A stretch of DNA of 63,113 bases, the filler included, from Guillardia theta CCMP2712 (Eukaryota > Protista > Cryptophyta), in the NCBI RefSeq assembly GCF_000315625.1. It is 4 parts of 4 records of this genome, joined end to end, with 100 filler letters (N's around TTAATTAATTAA, not from the genome) between each part and the next. Parts side by side here need not be neighbours in the genome. Positions count along the whole stretch, not along the records: positions 61,065 to 63,113 come from NW_005434563.1; 3 more parts are not named here. One strand, 5' to 3'. Positions 61,385-63,113 of the stretch are shown in pieces. The notes beneath the pieces are model-generated. The model was not told the DNA's origin. It did no database searches and worked only from the letters and a program-made list of their open reading frames with translations. Numbering within the stretch: the stretch's first letter is position 1; each line of letters begins with the position of its first letter. A program made the translations under genes and the position numbers.

Positions 61385-62609
61385 TCCGTATTCGTTGTCT
61401 TCTTCTTCTTCTTCCTGCTGTTCTTCCTGCTGTTCTTCCGCTTCCCATTCTCACACTCGCACTTACACTTCCTTCTTAAACATCCGTCACTTACCTTGTG
61501 CAATTTGTTCTTATCCCGCAGCACGTCATCTTGGAACTCTTGCTGCTTGCAAATCTCAGCCGACACAGAGGAAACAAAAACAAGGAGGAGGACGAGGAGG
61601 AGGACGAGGGCGAGGACGAGGAGGACGAGGACAAGGACAAGGACAAGGACAAGGACAAGGACAAGGACAAGGACAAGGACAAGGACAAGGACAAGGAGGA
61701 CGAGGACGAAAACAAGAGGAAAGATGAGAGCGAGGACGAGGACGAGGAGGAGGAGGAGGAGGAGGAGGAGGAGGAGTAGCAGCATCAGGGAGAATTTTCA
61801 TACCTGGCAGCTGATCTGTGAGATAATCACTGCTGCCATCTCCTCCCCGGATCCTCGCTCGTGTCCGACAGGGGGAGACGAGCACTCTGCAGGAGGCCTG
61901 CAAGGAGATGAGAGGGGGAGGAGCTGGTGAAAGTGATGCGAAGATGGAAGCAGAAGATAACAAGAAAGCAGGAAACGAGAGGATGGTGAAAAGGGAAAGA
62001 AGAAGGGAGGGAGGAAGGGAGGAAAGTAAGGGGAGGGGAGGGGAGGGGAGGGGGAGCAGTCAAAACCTAGAAGCAGGGCTCGTGCTCCACTCCATCGCTT
62101 CCTTGCTGTACTTGAGCGAGTTCACAACTCCTCTCGGAGTGTGTACGTGAGCTGAATGCTCTCCTGCGCTGCTTGTCAGAAGTCCTGTTCAACATCATAT
62201 TCATCATCATCATCATCATCCCATCATCATCATCATCCCATCATCATCATCACATCATCATCATCATCATCATTTCCATCATCATCATCGTCATCATCAT
62301 TTCATCATCATCATCATCATCATCATTTCCATCATCATCATCATCATTTCCATCATCATCATCATTTCCATCATCATCATCGTCATCATCATTTCCATCA
62401 TCTCCATCATCATCATCATCTACCAGCGATGAAAGCTGCCACAGAAAAGTGCTCCCCCTGGCCCCGTACACGTGAGATCGTCTCGTAGAGGTTCAGCACA
62501 TTTTCACCTCGAGCGCCTTGTCGTAGAAGTGCTTCTCGTATCGGACCGGAAAACATTCCTCGTGGATCGCCAGGAGCTATCGACAGCTATCAGCCGAAAC
62601 GAGGAGGAG

Positions 62610-62643
<34 letters not shown>

Positions 62644-63113
62644 TCGAGGACGAGGACGAGAGAAGGGAGCAGAATCTCGGGAGGAGGGGAAGGAATAATG
62701 GGGCATAAGGAGTGGTATCAGAAGAAAGAAGCAGAATGGAGAAGGCAAGACTGAAAAGAAGGAGTTGAGGGAGAAGACAGCAAGAGGAGGAGGAGGAGGA
62801 GGAGGAGGAGGAGAATCTCAGAAGTGGGAGAGAAAGTGAAAGAGAAACGTTAGACCTGCTCTCGGTCCTCTTGTCGGAGAGCGCGATACAGCATCTGTCA
62901 GCGACGAGTCAGAGAGCGTCAGGAGGAGGAGCAGACATTCTGCATCACCGTTGGCAGCTCAGCGATTCTTTCCAGCGGGATCTCCCCCAAGATAGATTGA
63001 CCCATCTTCGCCCGATTCCTTCTGCTTATCTCCTGCTCAACAAAATTAACGTCCTTCACCTCAACTTTCCCTCCCTCGACCCCTCTCTCCTTCCGCCATT
63101 CACTCCTTCCGTC
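61090..63113 (-). CDS. GNAT N-alpha-acetyltransferase, NAA60-like (NAA50/60 group); both ends incomplete
   Basis: Exons give MLYRALRQEDREQ | LLAIHEECFPVRYEKHFYDKALE | GQGEHFSVAAFIA | ..EEMAAVIISQIS.. | VAYICTLGVWPKYRQHKLAKTLLQ, i.e. the FPxxY motif and GNAT motif A. Confidence 0.8.
61200..61385 (+). repeat. Intronic (CAT)n microsatellite
   Basis: Long CAT run with TTTC interruptions; a similar run lies at 62190-62420. Confidence 0.95.

Noticed and set aside
61013-61963. Poly-M/H/I/D/S ORFs and similar poly-L/E/R/P ORFs throughout the window
   Set aside because: Translations of intronic microsatellites that lack stops in several frames.
1-63113. rRNA, tRNA or prokaryotic defence/operon features
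   Set aside because: None recognisable by eye; tRNAscan-SE and Infernal/Rfam would be needed to exclude small RNAs.

Overview
Eukaryotic nuclear DNA, not prokaryotic. It is gene-dense with many short GT-AG introns often swollen by (GAG)n, (GAGCAG)n, (GACGAG)n or (CAT)n microsatellites; the style suggests a cryptophyte alga such as Guillardia or Hanusia (inference only). It is a draft assembly with seven 100-nt gaps, three carrying a TTAATTAATTAA linker, and several single-base homopolymer frameshifts. Most ORF-track entries are low-complexity artefacts. Recognisable genes: a protein ending in a dynein-light-chain-like domain, a CAP_C/TBCC-like beta-helix protein, a tandem-SPRY protein, a DDX28/RH22-like DEAD-box helicase, VPS54, a PLAT-PLAT-U-box protein, a class-3 lipase, a Kelch/beta-helix/Cys-rich multipass receptor-like protein, an NAA60-like acetyltransferase and a 5'-truncated RLE-type non-LTR retrotransposon. 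Leading candidates for novelty: (1) a large protein joining 28-aa tandem repeats, an MLKL/RPW8-like four-helix bundle, EF-hands and a Gly-rich region; (2) two paralogues sharing an unfamiliar CxxC-x6-CxxC...HxDNEWH zinc-finger-like domain; (3) recurring intergenic islands built from AAGTT, CCGG/GTAC and strand-biased ACCCC motif clusters; (4) two antisense retroelement 3' ends just downstream of consecutive gene stops. All domain calls come from visual motif recognition, not database searches, and exon boundaries are approximate.
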